In this document: in pieces, positions 1 to 13,600 of the stretch
Layout of the letters: each line of letters begins with the position of its first letter
How positions within the stretch are numbered: position 1 is the stretch's first letter
Assembly (NCBI GenBank): GCA_038496445.1
Contig: JALMLS010000568.1
Coordinates: 69,485-133,484 of the forward strand
DNA: 64,000 nucleotides
Source of the DNA: Trichosphaerium sp. ATCC 40318
Taxonomy: Eukaryota > Protista > Tubulinea
Direction: 5' to 3'
The notes under the pieces: model-generated
Told to the model about the DNA's origin: nothing
Database searches by the model: none
Seen by the model: the letters and a program-made list of their open reading frames with translations, nothing else
Made by a program: the position numbers and the translations under genes

Positions 1-700
1 GAAAGTAGAAAATTCTATCTTTTGATTTGATTCAAGCAACTCTTCTGCAAGTCCTTGAGCTTCGTATAACTTAAATGTTTTGATATAATAATTTATCAAT
101 AATGTAACTGTATTAGAATCTGGTTTAACATCATTCTTACTAAACTCACGTAAACAAGATCCCACCCTTGAATCCATGCTTGGAGTATCAGCTGCTGATT
201 TAGTGTAAAACCTTATTAAACCTCTTAATGTCCATTTATCCATCCGTAGATTCAGTTTCTTGATTTTTGAAAGGATTAATTCAATTTCCTCTTCTGTCAT
301 ATCATAGCGTCCTAGAACTGTGTTGTACGTCACAATGTTCGTTTCTACTGATGGATCTTTTTCACATTCGTTTAGTATTGGGAAAACTTGCGCGCTAGGC
401 GCTATTTTGATCAAAGTGTTGTAAACGAATGCATCTGGTTTTAATCCTTGTTTTTTTAGGACGTTTAGTTCTTTTACGGCGTACACATAATCATCTATAC
501 GCGACATACACCATACCCAATCTCTTAGGCGCTTGTTTGTTATCAAATGAGCCTCGGCGGCGTATTTTTCTTTAGAACGCCTGACGAAGTCAGATCGCTT
601 TTGAATACGCATAGGATCGAATTGTTGGCCTCTATAAACGCCGTAAGAGCGTGTTTGGTGCGGTTTCGTTGTTTTTATTCCAGACACGGATCGTAAGCTC
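1..700 (-). CDS. Pentatricopeptide repeat (PPR) protein, runs off the left edge
   Basis: Open minus-strand frame reading ...LKKQGLKPDAFVYNTLIK...ETNIVTYNTVL...VKPDSNTVTLLINYY..., which are PPR-type motifs. The 5' exon (to ~780-820) is uncertain. Confidence 0.8.
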
Positions 701-1385
701 TATAACAATAAGATTTAATTAATACACGTTGGCCACGCATAGATGGCATAATTACAAGCGCAAAGTGGCAAAAACATTCGCAATAATTTATTCGTGCGTA
801 GGACTCAGTTTTGAGCATCGTTGTGGTTTGTTAGTGTAAAAGCGACACGTACTGTTAAGCTATGGAATCGTAGCATATTTTACTACAATGCTTTATTAAT
901 ATCGTGGTTATGGGTGGTGACCTTTTGGGCGTTCTCTAACTTCTCAGTCAGCGAAAGGTCAAAGCGGAGAATCCAACGTATTACTTCTGCCATAGAGAGT
1001 TCAAGCGGTAAAGGTAAGCCATCTTTGTGTCGAAGCGCTAAAATGGCTAAAATCGCCAAATGTTGTTTTGCCATTTATGTATTGACTTCAAGCAGATCTA
1101 GGAGTACATCATATTAGACTTTACGTTCATACTGACGTTTACAAACTTACGAAACAGGCAAGTGACTATTGACGCATGAAACGAATTTGACACACTATAT
1201 AACTCCATTTGAAAGCATAACAGTCGTTTTTTTTTCTAATTACACGTGAATGCAAACGCCAAGCCCTAAAAGCTTATAAAAACGTCCTAAAATCCACTAG
1301 AAGCGTATACTGAAAGAATTGCAAAAAAAGGGAGACAATCTACAAAATTAGCAATAATTAACGTATTAAATTATAAACCGATTAA

Positions 1386-4350
1386 ATGGAACCAAGAGAT
1401 GCAGACTCAGAAGAGAAATCATCACCGCTAGATAAAGCAACAGCAGGATTTTATTGCTCGAGAATTACGCGTGGCTCGTCAAAACAGTATTGGTTTGAAT
1501 ATGACAGCGATTTTCACCTCGTACGTGTTGCTCTAAAGCGCGTAGTTAAAAAAAATAACACCCGTTGATCTTCTAGCTTCGATACTACTCAGACCGTACA
1601 GCCAAGAGAACAAAACGCAAGTATAGAGGAGCTATATACCTCAAAAGGGCCCAGATATCTTACAACATAAGAGACAACAACAGGATACTGAAGATCAAAC
1701 CAAGGGTACGCAACAGTACACTTGTAGTGTTCCGTAGTTTCCTTGAGTGACATCGTGCAGGCTGGCAAGGCAGAGATCTTAAGCAACCCATCCAGTACGA
1801 GATTAGAACAATTCGTCGAAACGTTGTTTTCTAACGACTAATAGTGGAATTCTATGACCTTCTAAAAGCAATACATAAACGACATGATATTTCTAACCTT
1901 GTTGCGACAAGTCTTGAGGAAAACGTGAAGCTAACTGGTGAGCATGAATCAAAAACAAACATAAATCTTTTCGCTCTGTTCTCTTGATTTTCTTACATCT
2001 CTGTAGAACTTTCGAGTATTGATGTATACACTATTGATGGTAGATCAATTCCTCTAGCTTCTCTACTAGGCGAGGACCCGGCTGTTATACTATTCCTAAA
2101 GCACTTTAAATGGTACTGCTTAAAATTTTTTTTTTGCTATATTTGAAAGACTTATATCTATCAGTCCCGTATGTATTAAAGCTGCAGAGATTGTTGTACG
2201 AGCGACTGCTACTTTTAGAAACTTAGGCACACGTGTGATAATAGTTGCACACGGTGCACCGCCACATGTTCTTTCTTTTATCGATGAGAATGAGTACACA
2301 GGTACGAATACTTTTTTTACAAGGTTTTGGCTTGTTATTAATTATGTAGGTGAGATTTACTTGGATTCGTCCAAGAGTGTACTACGATATTATAGATCAA
2401 AGGATAATTCAATAGAACGAAGGAGACGCGTATTCTCGCCTGTTGACGAGTAAGAAACTATTGCAATGACCTGGGTCCTAATTTTAAGGCATTATGCTTT
2501 GTATATTGTTTCTAGGGATAAGGGTATAATATACAGTACTACGACTGAAGTCTTTGATATTAAATCAATGACTGCATCTATTATTCAGTTCTCTTGTCAG
2601 TATCCAGCCAACGTTTGGACTTCAGCAAGTCCTTTTATGGAGTGGAAATATGTTGAGGTAGTTTTGAGCTACTTTTCTTTTTTTTTTTGTTTCTGATAAC
2701 GAAATAGCATGGATGTGGGCAAGCTGAGTTGGTTGATACTACAATACCTGGTTACTCTTTCGAATATGGTAGAAAGCTACCAACGATGAAGAATGATGTT
2801 TTTCTTATAAAGAGCGTTAAACTGTTTCAGCACTTCTTTGATGCCAACGGTAGTTTTTGAAACTAGATGTTCTTTCAACTCATCTTCCTGTTTTTTAGAG
2901 GTAGCAACCTTTTGGATTTGTAAGGATCTTCGTGATCCAATGTTACTGTGCTTTAGAGCACCTAATGTTCATACTGGTGATAGCAAGGCCATGATTGTAG
3001 ATCACAGGGTAACTTGTTTAAATATCTTGTTCTTTTTTTTCTTTTTTTTTCTATTTCGAATTTTATTTTTGACTTTGCTAGGGTGTAACAAGAAAGATTG
3101 TTCCAAAAGGATTAAAATATCCAAAGCTACGTATTAAATATTTACTACAGCATGCTTGTGGATATGACGAGAAGAGTGCTGAATCGGCAAAGTTTGACCA
3201 GGTACACTGTATATTTATGTCTAGTACTATGGCTAACATTTTCTTTCTTATCAAAGCTAATTGATTCACGACAAATGAGACATCATATTTCATTAGAATT
3301 GGAACAAATAAGTACCAAAATGCATTATTCATTTGGTGTACTGTATGCTGGTCCAGGACAAACTAGTGAGTCTCAATGGTATACAAATGGTGCGAGATAA
3401 TTTATTTTTTTAAATTATTGTTGTTTCATGTGTTAAGCTTAGTTGTATAGAAAAGCATTCAACAGATTTTGAAGAGTTTTTAGACTGGCTCGGTAATCGA
3501 GTTGCTCTTAAAGGATGGTCACATCACTCCGGTGGTTTACAGACAACAGGCAAGGCTTCCGTTGTTATTATCATTTTAGCACTATTATTGTTTTTAACAC
3601 CAAACACTAGGGAGCGGAAAAGATGGTAATTTTATGTACTACAGTTGGATGAACAGCATTGAGATTTGCTTTCACGTATCAACTTTAATACCTTTCCATC
3701 CTGCGGATCCTACAAGGTACGCGTGTTTATGAGATAATTATGGGAGTATAATATACAAACCAATAAAATAGGAAGCGTCATATTGGAAATGATAGAGTTA
3801 TTATTGTTTTTAAAGAAGATAAAGATCAAAAGATAGATGTTACAACATTTAAGTCTCGTGTTCAGCGTACGGAATATGAAAATGCTAAGCGTTTAATTAC
3901 TGATATATACTAATTAGAGACTTTCTTTATTGTACACAAGGAAGCAAACTCGCACAAGAAAAAGACTAAGTATAGGTAAGCAAAGAACGATCATTGATTT
4001 TGTGCTTCTAAACGCCTCTGTAGAATAGAGATTGCTAATAAGCAGCCTATACCAGCCTATCCACCTTTCCTCCCCGACCCTCCAATTCTATTAAAAACAG
4101 AGGCAACCAGATTGTTCCTACTGAACAAGAGTATGACCTTTATTTTTTTGTGCGGAACTCATGTTTTTATTAATATTTTCTTCAAGTGATAAATGCTGAA
4201 CGTGTTGCTTTTACTGCTGTGCCTGGTTATCTAAAATGTCTCTCTGTAACAAACAGATTGAATATACTGGAATTTGCTAAGAAGTATCCTACGATTCAGT
4301 CGAGAAAAGGTAAATTAAAGCGCCATGGAAGTCTAGAAAGCGGAAAGTAA
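1386..4350 (+). CDS. Multi-exon PH + peroxiredoxin-like (AhpC/TSA-2, CxxC) + Rap-GAP domain protein
   Basis: Spliced translation gives PH-like WFEYDSDFHL-LRYY...YRGAIYLK, a thioredoxin-fold VILFLKHFKCPVC...VIIVAHG...GEIYLD, and RapGAP motifs YSFGVLYA, FEEFLDWLG, ICFHVSTLIP, KRHIGND, INAER. Stop at 4348-4350. Confidence 0.85.
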
Positions 4351-4727
4351 GTTCAAAGCTACATTGTCACATTTTATTCTTAATTTTTTTTGGTAGTGAT
4401 GAGAGTAGACGATGGTTTAGGCATCATGCAAGTAAAGACAAAAGTGAAAGTAGACGGAATACTGTAAGTATGACCAAAAGTAAGAGTTTTGCATGGCGTA
4501 ATAGACAGAAATAACTCAAAAGATAAAGAAAAAAATTTAACCAAATAAACTCGTAAACCTTGAAACAAATTAGTTCATTATGTTGCACACTAGCGTATAA
4601 AAAATAGAATAACCCGTTTTCTTGTCAAGTTGTAGAACAGTTTGACAAACACGTATTTGTGCAAGCAACCTTATTTTTTTTAATGGTAAACTCTTACTGT
4701 ACAAATTTAAGACACAAAAAAATCTAG

Positions 4728-5580
4728 CTAAGTACTTTTGCTAATTTTTTTCTCCTCCAACTTCTAGATGTTTCAAATCAAGTTTTACCAAGATATTTTG
4801 GTTTGTAGCGTTTATACTATAATAAACATATAAAAACCCATCAGATGCAATTACTTTCTTGGCATCTCTCCAAGGAGGATCTGTACGTAACGTCACAACC
4901 TAGAAAAAAATGTAAAAAAAAAACCAAGTTATTTCACTGTAAAAAAAAAAGTTAAAATAGTTTTATTATTTTGTACCTCTCCAGAAGAACTCAAGCGACG
5001 AATACCAACGCCATCATCTGCCACATATATATATCCATCATCACCAACAGCAATAGAGCACGGATAGTAAAATTGTGCGTCCTAACAAAAGAACTTAGAA
5101 ACACTTCAGGAAACAAACAGCAAATTTCTACGTACTGCTCCAGATCCATCAATCAATCCTCGAGTACCATTTCCAGAGAATGTACGTATACAACCTCTTT
5201 TATCAATCCTACGTACTACATAGTTACAGGCTAAAACAACAGTTAACTGAGGAGCCTTTTGTGGTAAGAACAAGTTAAGTTGCATGCAAAGTGATTAAGT
5301 GCGAATGATTTGTAAAGCCTTTTTACGTACTATCTACAACGTATACGTTTCCTGAATTATCGACAGCCGCACCAAGAGGAAAGTTGAAACGGCTATCTGT
5401 AAGAAGCGCATCTACATGTCCCCTAGCATTCGGGCTACCGGCATGTAAAACTGCCACAGAATCCTTTGAATTGTTCATTCTGTAGATACAATGACTACCA
5501 GCGTCAATAATTAATATATCGTTATCATTATCAAAACACAGTGATAGTGGCCCTATAGAAACGTTAGAGACATTGCTCAT
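4728..5580 (-). CDS. NHL-repeat (beta-propeller) protein
   Basis: GHVDALLTDSRFNFPLGAAVDNSGNVYVVD and AQFYYPCSIAVGDDGYIYVADD are NHL repeats. Several short introns. Confidence 0.75.
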
Positions 5581-5683
5581 CAATCAAAGAAAAAAAAACG
5601 GCGCAAGTTGTTAAACCCTTCAAATATTGTAGATTCAAGCGCAAAGTCAATTTTGCGCGTAGAAAACAAGAACAACGGAGGTT

Positions 5684-6447
5684 TTAGGGCGAAAAACGCG
5701 TACCAACGAATTCTTGATCTAGTTTGTAAACGCCACTATCGAATTCAGCCATGTTAACAACGTCGTCAGGGTCTACTTGTGTAAACAGAGCTAAAAGAAA
5801 ATTGTTGTTAACATGATGCTAGTAAAATATCTCTAGATTGATACCATTATACTCTGCGACTGTGTATTTTCCTGTTTTTGAGTCTACTAGAATTTGCCAT
5901 GGGTTAAAGTAAGTTCTAGAGAACAAATTGCGCTTAGGCTTTGTGTATAGAGTGTCAGTATCTCCATTGCGTGTATTAACTAAGCGTAGTGATCGATTGT
6001 AATGATCGACGACAACTAACTGGAGAAATAGCGTTAATATATGATAGTACATAGCTACAACGTTATACAAGAGAACATAGCTCTACTATAAACAATAAAA
6101 AAGAAATATGATGCTGGTTGCCTATTTAGGCTATTTACTAGCCTTGCGCAGCGCTCGTTACTGAGCACGGAAAGTTGAGCATAAGCAATAAGTATCAGGT
6201 GTATTCTAGCGCGTACGTTTCCTGTAGAGCGTAGCGCTGCGCCTGTAATAGTGGCGAAGCGTGCTTCCTCCAAGTTACCATCAACTAATTGTAGCGCTTT
6301 CGGTTGTTGATGCAATACTAACATTCTAAATAGCCATGATATAGAACTAAACGAGCGATATTGTCGGAGTGCTCGTAAACCAAACGGAAATAGTGGCTAG
6401 ATTAAGTCAGACACCCATTTTTAAGTACCTATCATTGTAGATGTCAT
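5684..6447 (-). CDS. Second divergent NHL-repeat-like protein (may be a separate gene or the 5' part of the neighbour)
   Basis: LVDGNLEEARFATITG, LVVVDHYNRSLRLVN and FNPWQILVDSKTGKYTVAE resemble NHL repeats. Boundaries approximate. Confidence 0.55.
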
Positions 6448-6618
6448 ATCTACTTTGTATATAATACACTAGTACCAAAGTACACATACAGGACATTCCC
6501 AAACCAAAAGATTAAGAATCAATCGAGAAATCTTACATATTTTTAAACACAATATTTTTGGTGTACTCACACAGTATCAACAGCTCATATTGAAGCAACG
6601 ACGAGTATATAATGTTTT

Positions 6619-7529
6619 TTATATTGGAACAACCTCTATCTCTATTTCTTGGTCTTCCTTTAGACGTAAAACATCTCTATCTTTTCTAATTACAGTGTTT
6701 GGTAATTTTCTAACCATAGTTAATCTTTCTTTTGTTGTATCAATCTCCATTTCTTCTATTAGTGCAGTGAGAAGGCCACGAAATGTTTTCTCAGTGAAAG
6801 CAACTTCATAAAAATCCTCTTCACCCTTTCTTTTGACCTTTACAAAAAATTCTTCTAGACAATCATGTTAGTCATTAAACACTTGTTGTTTTGTTAACCG
6901 ATACTAAACAAAGCGCACAAACATGAAGTAGTATGTATATTCAAAACGTACCGGCAGGTTTTGGTTCTGGAGGAGGAAGCGTAACTTCAACTTTTTTTTC
7001 ATTTGTTTTTTGTAATTTTGCTCTTCTTTCGTCTGGATCTACCAAGTTTACTGGCCTAACTAATCTTTTTGTTCCCTGTGGTGTAAATGGCAGGTCTTTT
7101 TTCTCAACAGGTGCAACTGCAGCTATAAAATCCGTAAATTAAAAAAAGTTCAAGAAAATGGCGTGTCAAATAAATGTTACGACGGATAAAGATTGCGTAC
7201 CTTGTTTTTCGCCAAATAGAGACAGTATGGAGGCGTCTGTGGTTAATTGACTTGGCAATTCTTGTTTTTGTGTTTTAATTTGCGGATCAGCACCGTTAAG
7301 CAGTAAGAAGTTCACTGCATTTTGTCTGTTGCCCTTACAAGCCCAATGAAGCGCTATATTAACAAATGTAAGTAAAACGGAGTAATTATCAACGTTTCTT
7401 ACGTGTATAGCCGTTCATTGGGTTAGCTGCATTCACATTGAGACCTCTTTGTAGCAGAATACGTAAATTGTACATATCACCAGCATACGCTGCTTCTTCC
7501 AAATTAACGTCTTCCTTGTGTGGTTCCAT
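6619..7529 (-). CDS. ANKRD40: ANKRD40-like ankyrin repeat protein
   Basis: N-terminal ankyrins (LEEAAYAGD...NGYT-ALHWACKGN) plus the C-terminal VRKLPNTVIRKDRDVLRL signature typical of ANKRD40. Confidence 0.8.
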
Positions 7530-7667
7530 GCGTATTTATTACTTCAAAGCACTCTTTCAAGAATTGCCTGGCAAATTTTGTGCCATTGAAAATCTGACGG
7601 TCAAAATCAAACAGTATTTTAGAACATTGGTTTACAATAATAAGGTGATTCTATCAACTGTGTTGAG

Positions 7668-10600
7668 ATGGTGAGTAACGCTAGATGTAACAAATAGTTG
7701 CCTTCAAAGTGACTTTAGAGCCATGATTCCTTTCCGCTAAGTCAATACAATTCCTTTCTCTGAGAGGCTACTGGACGTGCAGCATAATGGAGACTGATGG
7801 TACGCTTAAAAGCGTTTTTGCAAGCAAAATTACTGTCGTACGCAGCGTTTACTAGCGTTTAAAGCTAACTTATCTGTCAAGTCGCAACAGCTTCTTGAAA
7901 CAACCCAAAAATTTCTTTGCGATGATCAAGAGCGTTTTTTAAATGAAACGCCGACAGGTAATGCTACGCCGCTGTCCTAATACTTATAGAAATAACGTAG
8001 ACGAGCTCAGCGAGCTCCGAGATTACATTGCGGGGTTTAGATTTTCGTTTCACTCGCTGTTTGGCGAAATGTTTTCTGAAAGCGACAGTTTCATCATTGA
8101 AGGTAAGCCAAGCATATTATTCGCTTAGAAACAACACTAGCGAAATAGATCCGCAAATGTGACACCTTTGTAGGTGATTCTGTTCTAGCAACATTACTAC
8201 TCGACGCCAAACTTTCTTCTGGAGAATTCCTTCACGTAGTGTATCTGTTTGAGCGGTTCTTGGTTAAAATGAGAGAGTGCAGCCCATGCTTCACGCTACT
8301 TTTTATGCAACCAAACAGAAGCATCTGGGTAAATAACCCAGAATGCCTAGCTCTTCGAGATTTGCTCATAAGGTACGCGACAAACGAGCTTTCTTCAATC
8401 CTTCCTGCCAAGATAACCACTAATCCAACCTTACAGTCACTTACAACGTAACACGACCTTCAATATTAAAGTTGTAGACTACGACTGTTTATCTCCCGAA
8501 TTCAGCTCTTACTTGAAAGAGTTCCACCCGGCGTTTATTGTATGCTCTAATGGATCTGATTCATCTATGAGAAACCTTTTAAAAGGACAACAAGTATCTA
8601 TTCTACAAGCATTCATGATGGTACGTTAAGTCAGACTAAGCTAAGCTTTTTTTTCTTCTCACTTTTTTTAGCAATGTGTCGTTTTGAATCACAATGTTGT
8701 GTGCATGGAAGAGTTACAAGTTCATGGTGGACGTGTATGGGGTTGGATACTATATTGGGTATTCAGTGTGGGCAGACATGCTAAAAGAATGAAACCAAAC
8801 ATTGTACGAAGAAAAACTCGAGTTTTCATCTGCTTCTTTTTTTCGGCTGACTTAACATGTTAGAAAGTCGCAATGGATTTATCTCGTAGCGCTCTTGCCT
8901 CGTTTGAAAATGAACTATCTATAGAACAAAGTACGTGGCTTCTATGAAGAGAATTATTTCTAACACAAACTGATTATCTAGGTATTGCTGAAGTTGAGGT
9001 ATTTACATACGCAATGGGTTTGACTATTCAATCAATACAAAAACTTGAAGATTATGAAAAAATGCGTGATTGCTTAAAGATATTTGTACTTCAACTACAC
9101 CTGTTGCCTCACATTCCTCTTAAATCTAGAGTAAGTACCACATTCGGAATAAATGCTCACAAGTTATTTACGCTATTGTATAGGCTTTTCTGATGCTTCC
9201 AGTTGAAACAAGTAGCTTGACGCTTATTGAACCACTTGTCAAAACTATTTTTCGCTATTTTGTTGCAGCGCGTTCAAAGGTAGAAGGCAATCTATGTTAA
9301 TACTCCTAATAATTCAATAGGATAATGTTACACTTCCTGAGTGTCCCTCAAATTGCTTCTCTAGAAGAGTACTCAAGCAGTTGGTTAGCTTTTTACACTT
9401 GGAATCAACTGGAATAGTTAGTACGTCGTTGTTTTTGCGTTTGATCTTTTTCTGTGAGATTATAATTGTGCCTTTAGAATCTCGAGAATCTGCTTCAGAT
9501 ATCCTAGGTATCCCAGACAATATAATACGTGAAGCTGAATCATCTTGGATGACCATCTGTTCGCTCGCAAACATAAACGATAATTTCTATCCTATTTGCT
9601 CGAATCTTGATGGTATCTTGGATGCTGATGCTCTCAACGCATTGTTACTAAGCAACAAAGGTACTTATTGCTTGTACAAGTATATAACTGATATTCTACA
9701 TAGCGAAGCCTTTATATGCTCTTCCCTTTGATTCTCCATTGGAAACATTTATTCTTGGCGACGAAGCACAACAAATTCCAAAAATTGACGGTATGAGAAA
9801 AAAAAAAAAAAAGGAAAAAGCTTCTAATGTCTTGTTCTAGAAAACGATCCAAGCGTATTGGCGATAAATAACAACAATAATTTCTTTAACGAAAAATATC
9901 ACTGGCACAGAAAGCAACCGTTGGTTCAAGGTACTCAAGTACACCCAAAGAGAAGAACAAGACCATACTAAGATTGTTTTGCAGATTTTAAACTGAAGAG
10001 GGATGATAAACGTGAATACACTGAAAGACAATTAAGTAGGAGAAAGAATAGACTCCAAACATATATGCATAAATACGCAGAAACGCTAGCTGGATCTCGT
10101 ACGATGGCTATTGATCGAAATGTTCATTCGTGATTTATTCTTACTTTTTTTTCTCTTATTTTTCAGATTTAAAGCAAATGGAGATTCAAGCTGTCTCAAA
10201 TATAAAGGAACCCACAGCTAAGGAAAAAGCTAAATATGAACGTATTAAAAAACAAGAGCAACGTAAGAAGGATATACAAGCAAAAGCCAAAAAAGGTCAA
10301 AAAAAGAAACCAACAAAAAAAGAACAAAGACATGCAGAAGTAGCAAAAAACCTCGCTCAGAAAGAACTAAATAACAGTAAAGAAAAGGCACTCTCTAGTC
10401 ACTACTCATAATTATACTAATTATTTACAGTGGCTTGGTATTAAGAAGCGTATGGCCAAGGGAAGCTTCGAAGAAAAGATAGAGCAAATACAAAGAGTTG
10501 TCGAAAATCCCAATCAAAATGTTAGGTTTTTTGATTTTGTACTTGCTGACTCTCTTAGGTCATTATTAAGGATCTAGCGTGGTTATATAGGGTACCTAAC

Positions 10601-13600
10601 ATTCTTTCAAAGCCTACTGATAAATTTTAAAAGCTATCTATCTTATCAAGTGAGTTTACAAAGACACCGAGTATCGTGTTGAAGATTGAAATATTTCGAA
10701 CGATTCATCATCTCAAAGATGTCAAATCACCTGAAGTGGCTTCTGTACGCCATATATGAAAGTAATAGTAGCTGAAAAAAATATTCTAGGCTTTAAAACT
10801 CATCGGGTTTCCTAAATGTGCGGCTAGCATGTCGTCGAAAAGAAAAGTACATGTTGAAACAGATGCTATTGAAATGCAAATGAACCATCACCAAGAAGAC
10901 ATATCACGTGTTTCAGGAACAGAATTAGATGATCCAAGAGTAAGAGGCTTCAAATTAGACGCATGGCAAGTCAAATTGCTCAATGCTGTTGATGCAAATG
11001 GTACGATATTGGAACCGAAAAAAATGATTCATTTTTACTCTAGAAAGCGCTCTGATTGTTGCACCTACTTCGTCTGGAAAGACTTTTATTTCATACTACT
11101 GTATGGAACAGGTACATTAAAAATACTTTCTGTCTATAATAACCACAAACTGATTTGTTTTTCGGCCAGACTCTACGTCAGAGCGATGAAAATATTGTTG
11201 TTTATGTTTCTCCTTCAAAAGCTCTTGTAAATCAGGTTGCAGCATCAGTTCTTGGAGCGTTCAAAAAGAGTTATACAAAGTCTAATAGTAGAAACTTGTA
11301 TGGTATCTTCACAAGAGACTACAGGTTCCCTGAGGACAATCCATTAAAATGCCAAGTACGAAAAATTAATACTATCTTTGGGTGTAGTTTCTTCCTTTTA
11401 AATTTCCCACGTGACTTCTTTTTTGTTAAGTGGAAGTATCACGTTTTTGGAAAGTTTGTTTTTGTGCACTAATTTTTGAAAGATACTTGTTACTGTACCT
11501 GTTCTGTTGGAAGTTCTCTTGCTTTCACCTGAAAACAGAGAATTTGTAAAAAAGATAAAATGGGTAATCTTTGATGAGGTTCACCAAATTTCAATGGAAG
11601 GAACAGGTCCTTACTGGGAACGTTTACTTGTTATGATAAAGTGTCCATTCATTGCACTTTCTGCAACAGTAGGAAATTACAAGGAGTTTTATTCGTAAGT
11701 GACTAAATTGTCAATGTTGCTAAAGTATACTTTTTTGTTGACTTGTTTTTCGTGTAGCTGGCTTGTTAACGTGCAAGGAAAACTGTCTGAACAATACCCA
11801 GATGAGAAAACAGAACAAATAGAAATAACAAGAGGACAAAAGTACATCACAAAGAAACCCAGACGGTTCAAAGGTAAACTCTTTTTTCTCATTACAATTC
11901 TTCTTTTTTTCTTACTTTTTTTTCTTCTTTAGTGCACCTCATTCATCACAACATACGGTTCTCAGATTTAAGAAAACAATTCTATCTTCCTCAAAAACAT
12001 AAGTTAGATAAAATGATAAGCGCTCCAGTTACATCAACAAAAGATCCTTTGAGCCACGAAGTCGGGTTAGTAGCGACTCTGTTGACAGAACTTTTTCTAA
12101 TCAAGATTTCGTGAAAATACAGAGTCTTCCTGAAGATTCATCCTATGCATTGCTTAACAATTGCCATGCTCAAAGACAAAGGCTTTCCTGAAGGTACATA
12201 GATCACCAAACGTTCAATAACTATTCATGCTAAACACTTGGTTTCTAGACCTTATCTTGGAGCCACAAGATATCCTAAAACTTCACAATGAAATGGTTAT
12301 AGTTCTACAAAACTCAGTTTCGCAACAAGATCAAGATACTGTTTTGCCTTCGCTTCTTCGATCTCTATTAGATAACAACCCATCTAAGTACTTCAAAGAA
12401 GTTCTAGTGACAAGACATAAAACTCGTGACTTTGCCAGTGATACAGTGAAGGTAAAGCAATGTCCAAAATACGTATTTGTTTAACACTGTTTTGTTTAGA
12501 TGTTTATGAGTATACTTACCAAGGGATATGAATCAGAGATTCAGCAAGTTCTTGATAGTCTAAAGACTCTAGGGATTCCCGATCCGAATGATAAAAAGAC
12601 ACGTTCTGATACATACTCTCGTAATTTCATGGTAACGCATTTGTTACGATTATTGACAAAGCTACGAAAAGAAGTGAGTGCTTGGTATCTCTTTTTTTGT
12701 CTAATAGTGTCTGTCATAGGATAAACTACCTTGTATTGTCTTCTCTCTTGATAGGAGTAATGTCACAGCATTGCTAAGTGGTGTTGTACGTGACTTATTG
12801 CTTGAAGGGGTTTTTTAAGAAAGAGCATTGTTAATGATTGTATAAAGGTTTTATCTTTGTTACAAAGTGAAGAAGCTTTTAAAGAAAGTGAAGAATACCA
12901 GAAGAAACTGAAAAGGAATATGCAGAAGAGAAAGGTTCAGGCAGCGAGGCAAAAGAAGGCACAAAATACAAGAAAAACGAAAGACGAGAAAGAAGCCGAT
13001 GAGGTACGCTTCAAAACCAGGATATCACCGGGTTTATGTCTTACTCCTATAAGGTGTTCGAAGAGGAAATAGTAGAAGCTTTGCCTGATGTTGAACTTGA
13101 TTTCTCTTTCTTGGATGGTCAAGTCGAAGTAGAATTAAACTGGCAACTCGAAAAAATATTCAAAACGAGACACAATGGGCAGATACTTCTTGAGTACGTT
13201 TAGTCTTTCTAAGTAATGACTAATAGATTTAAGGGGTCTAAAACGTGGTATCGGTATGCATCATGGCGGATTACCTTTGGCGTATAGACGTTTAGTCGAA
13301 CAGCTCTTCAGACAAAAGGTGCTTGACTATTGAAAGCTTGTCTTACTGATGCTTTACTTAGAAACTGCGTGTAGTGGTTTCAACTTCTACTCTTGCACTA
13401 GGTATTCATATGCCTTGTCGTTCGGTGATTTTTGCTGGAGCTAATATATGGCTTCATCCAATGAGCTATAGGCAAATGTCCGGACGTGCAGGAAGGCGTG
13501 GTTTTGATCGTAAGTTACAAGTAATTTAGACCTTTTATTCTCATTATATTGTAGCTATTGGTCATGTTGTATTCTATGGTGTCTCTGATAGTAAATTGAA

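Noticed and set aside
821-1220. Short ORFs between the PPR and RapGAP genes
   Set aside because: No recognisable motif or convincing splice model; a small gene cannot be excluded.
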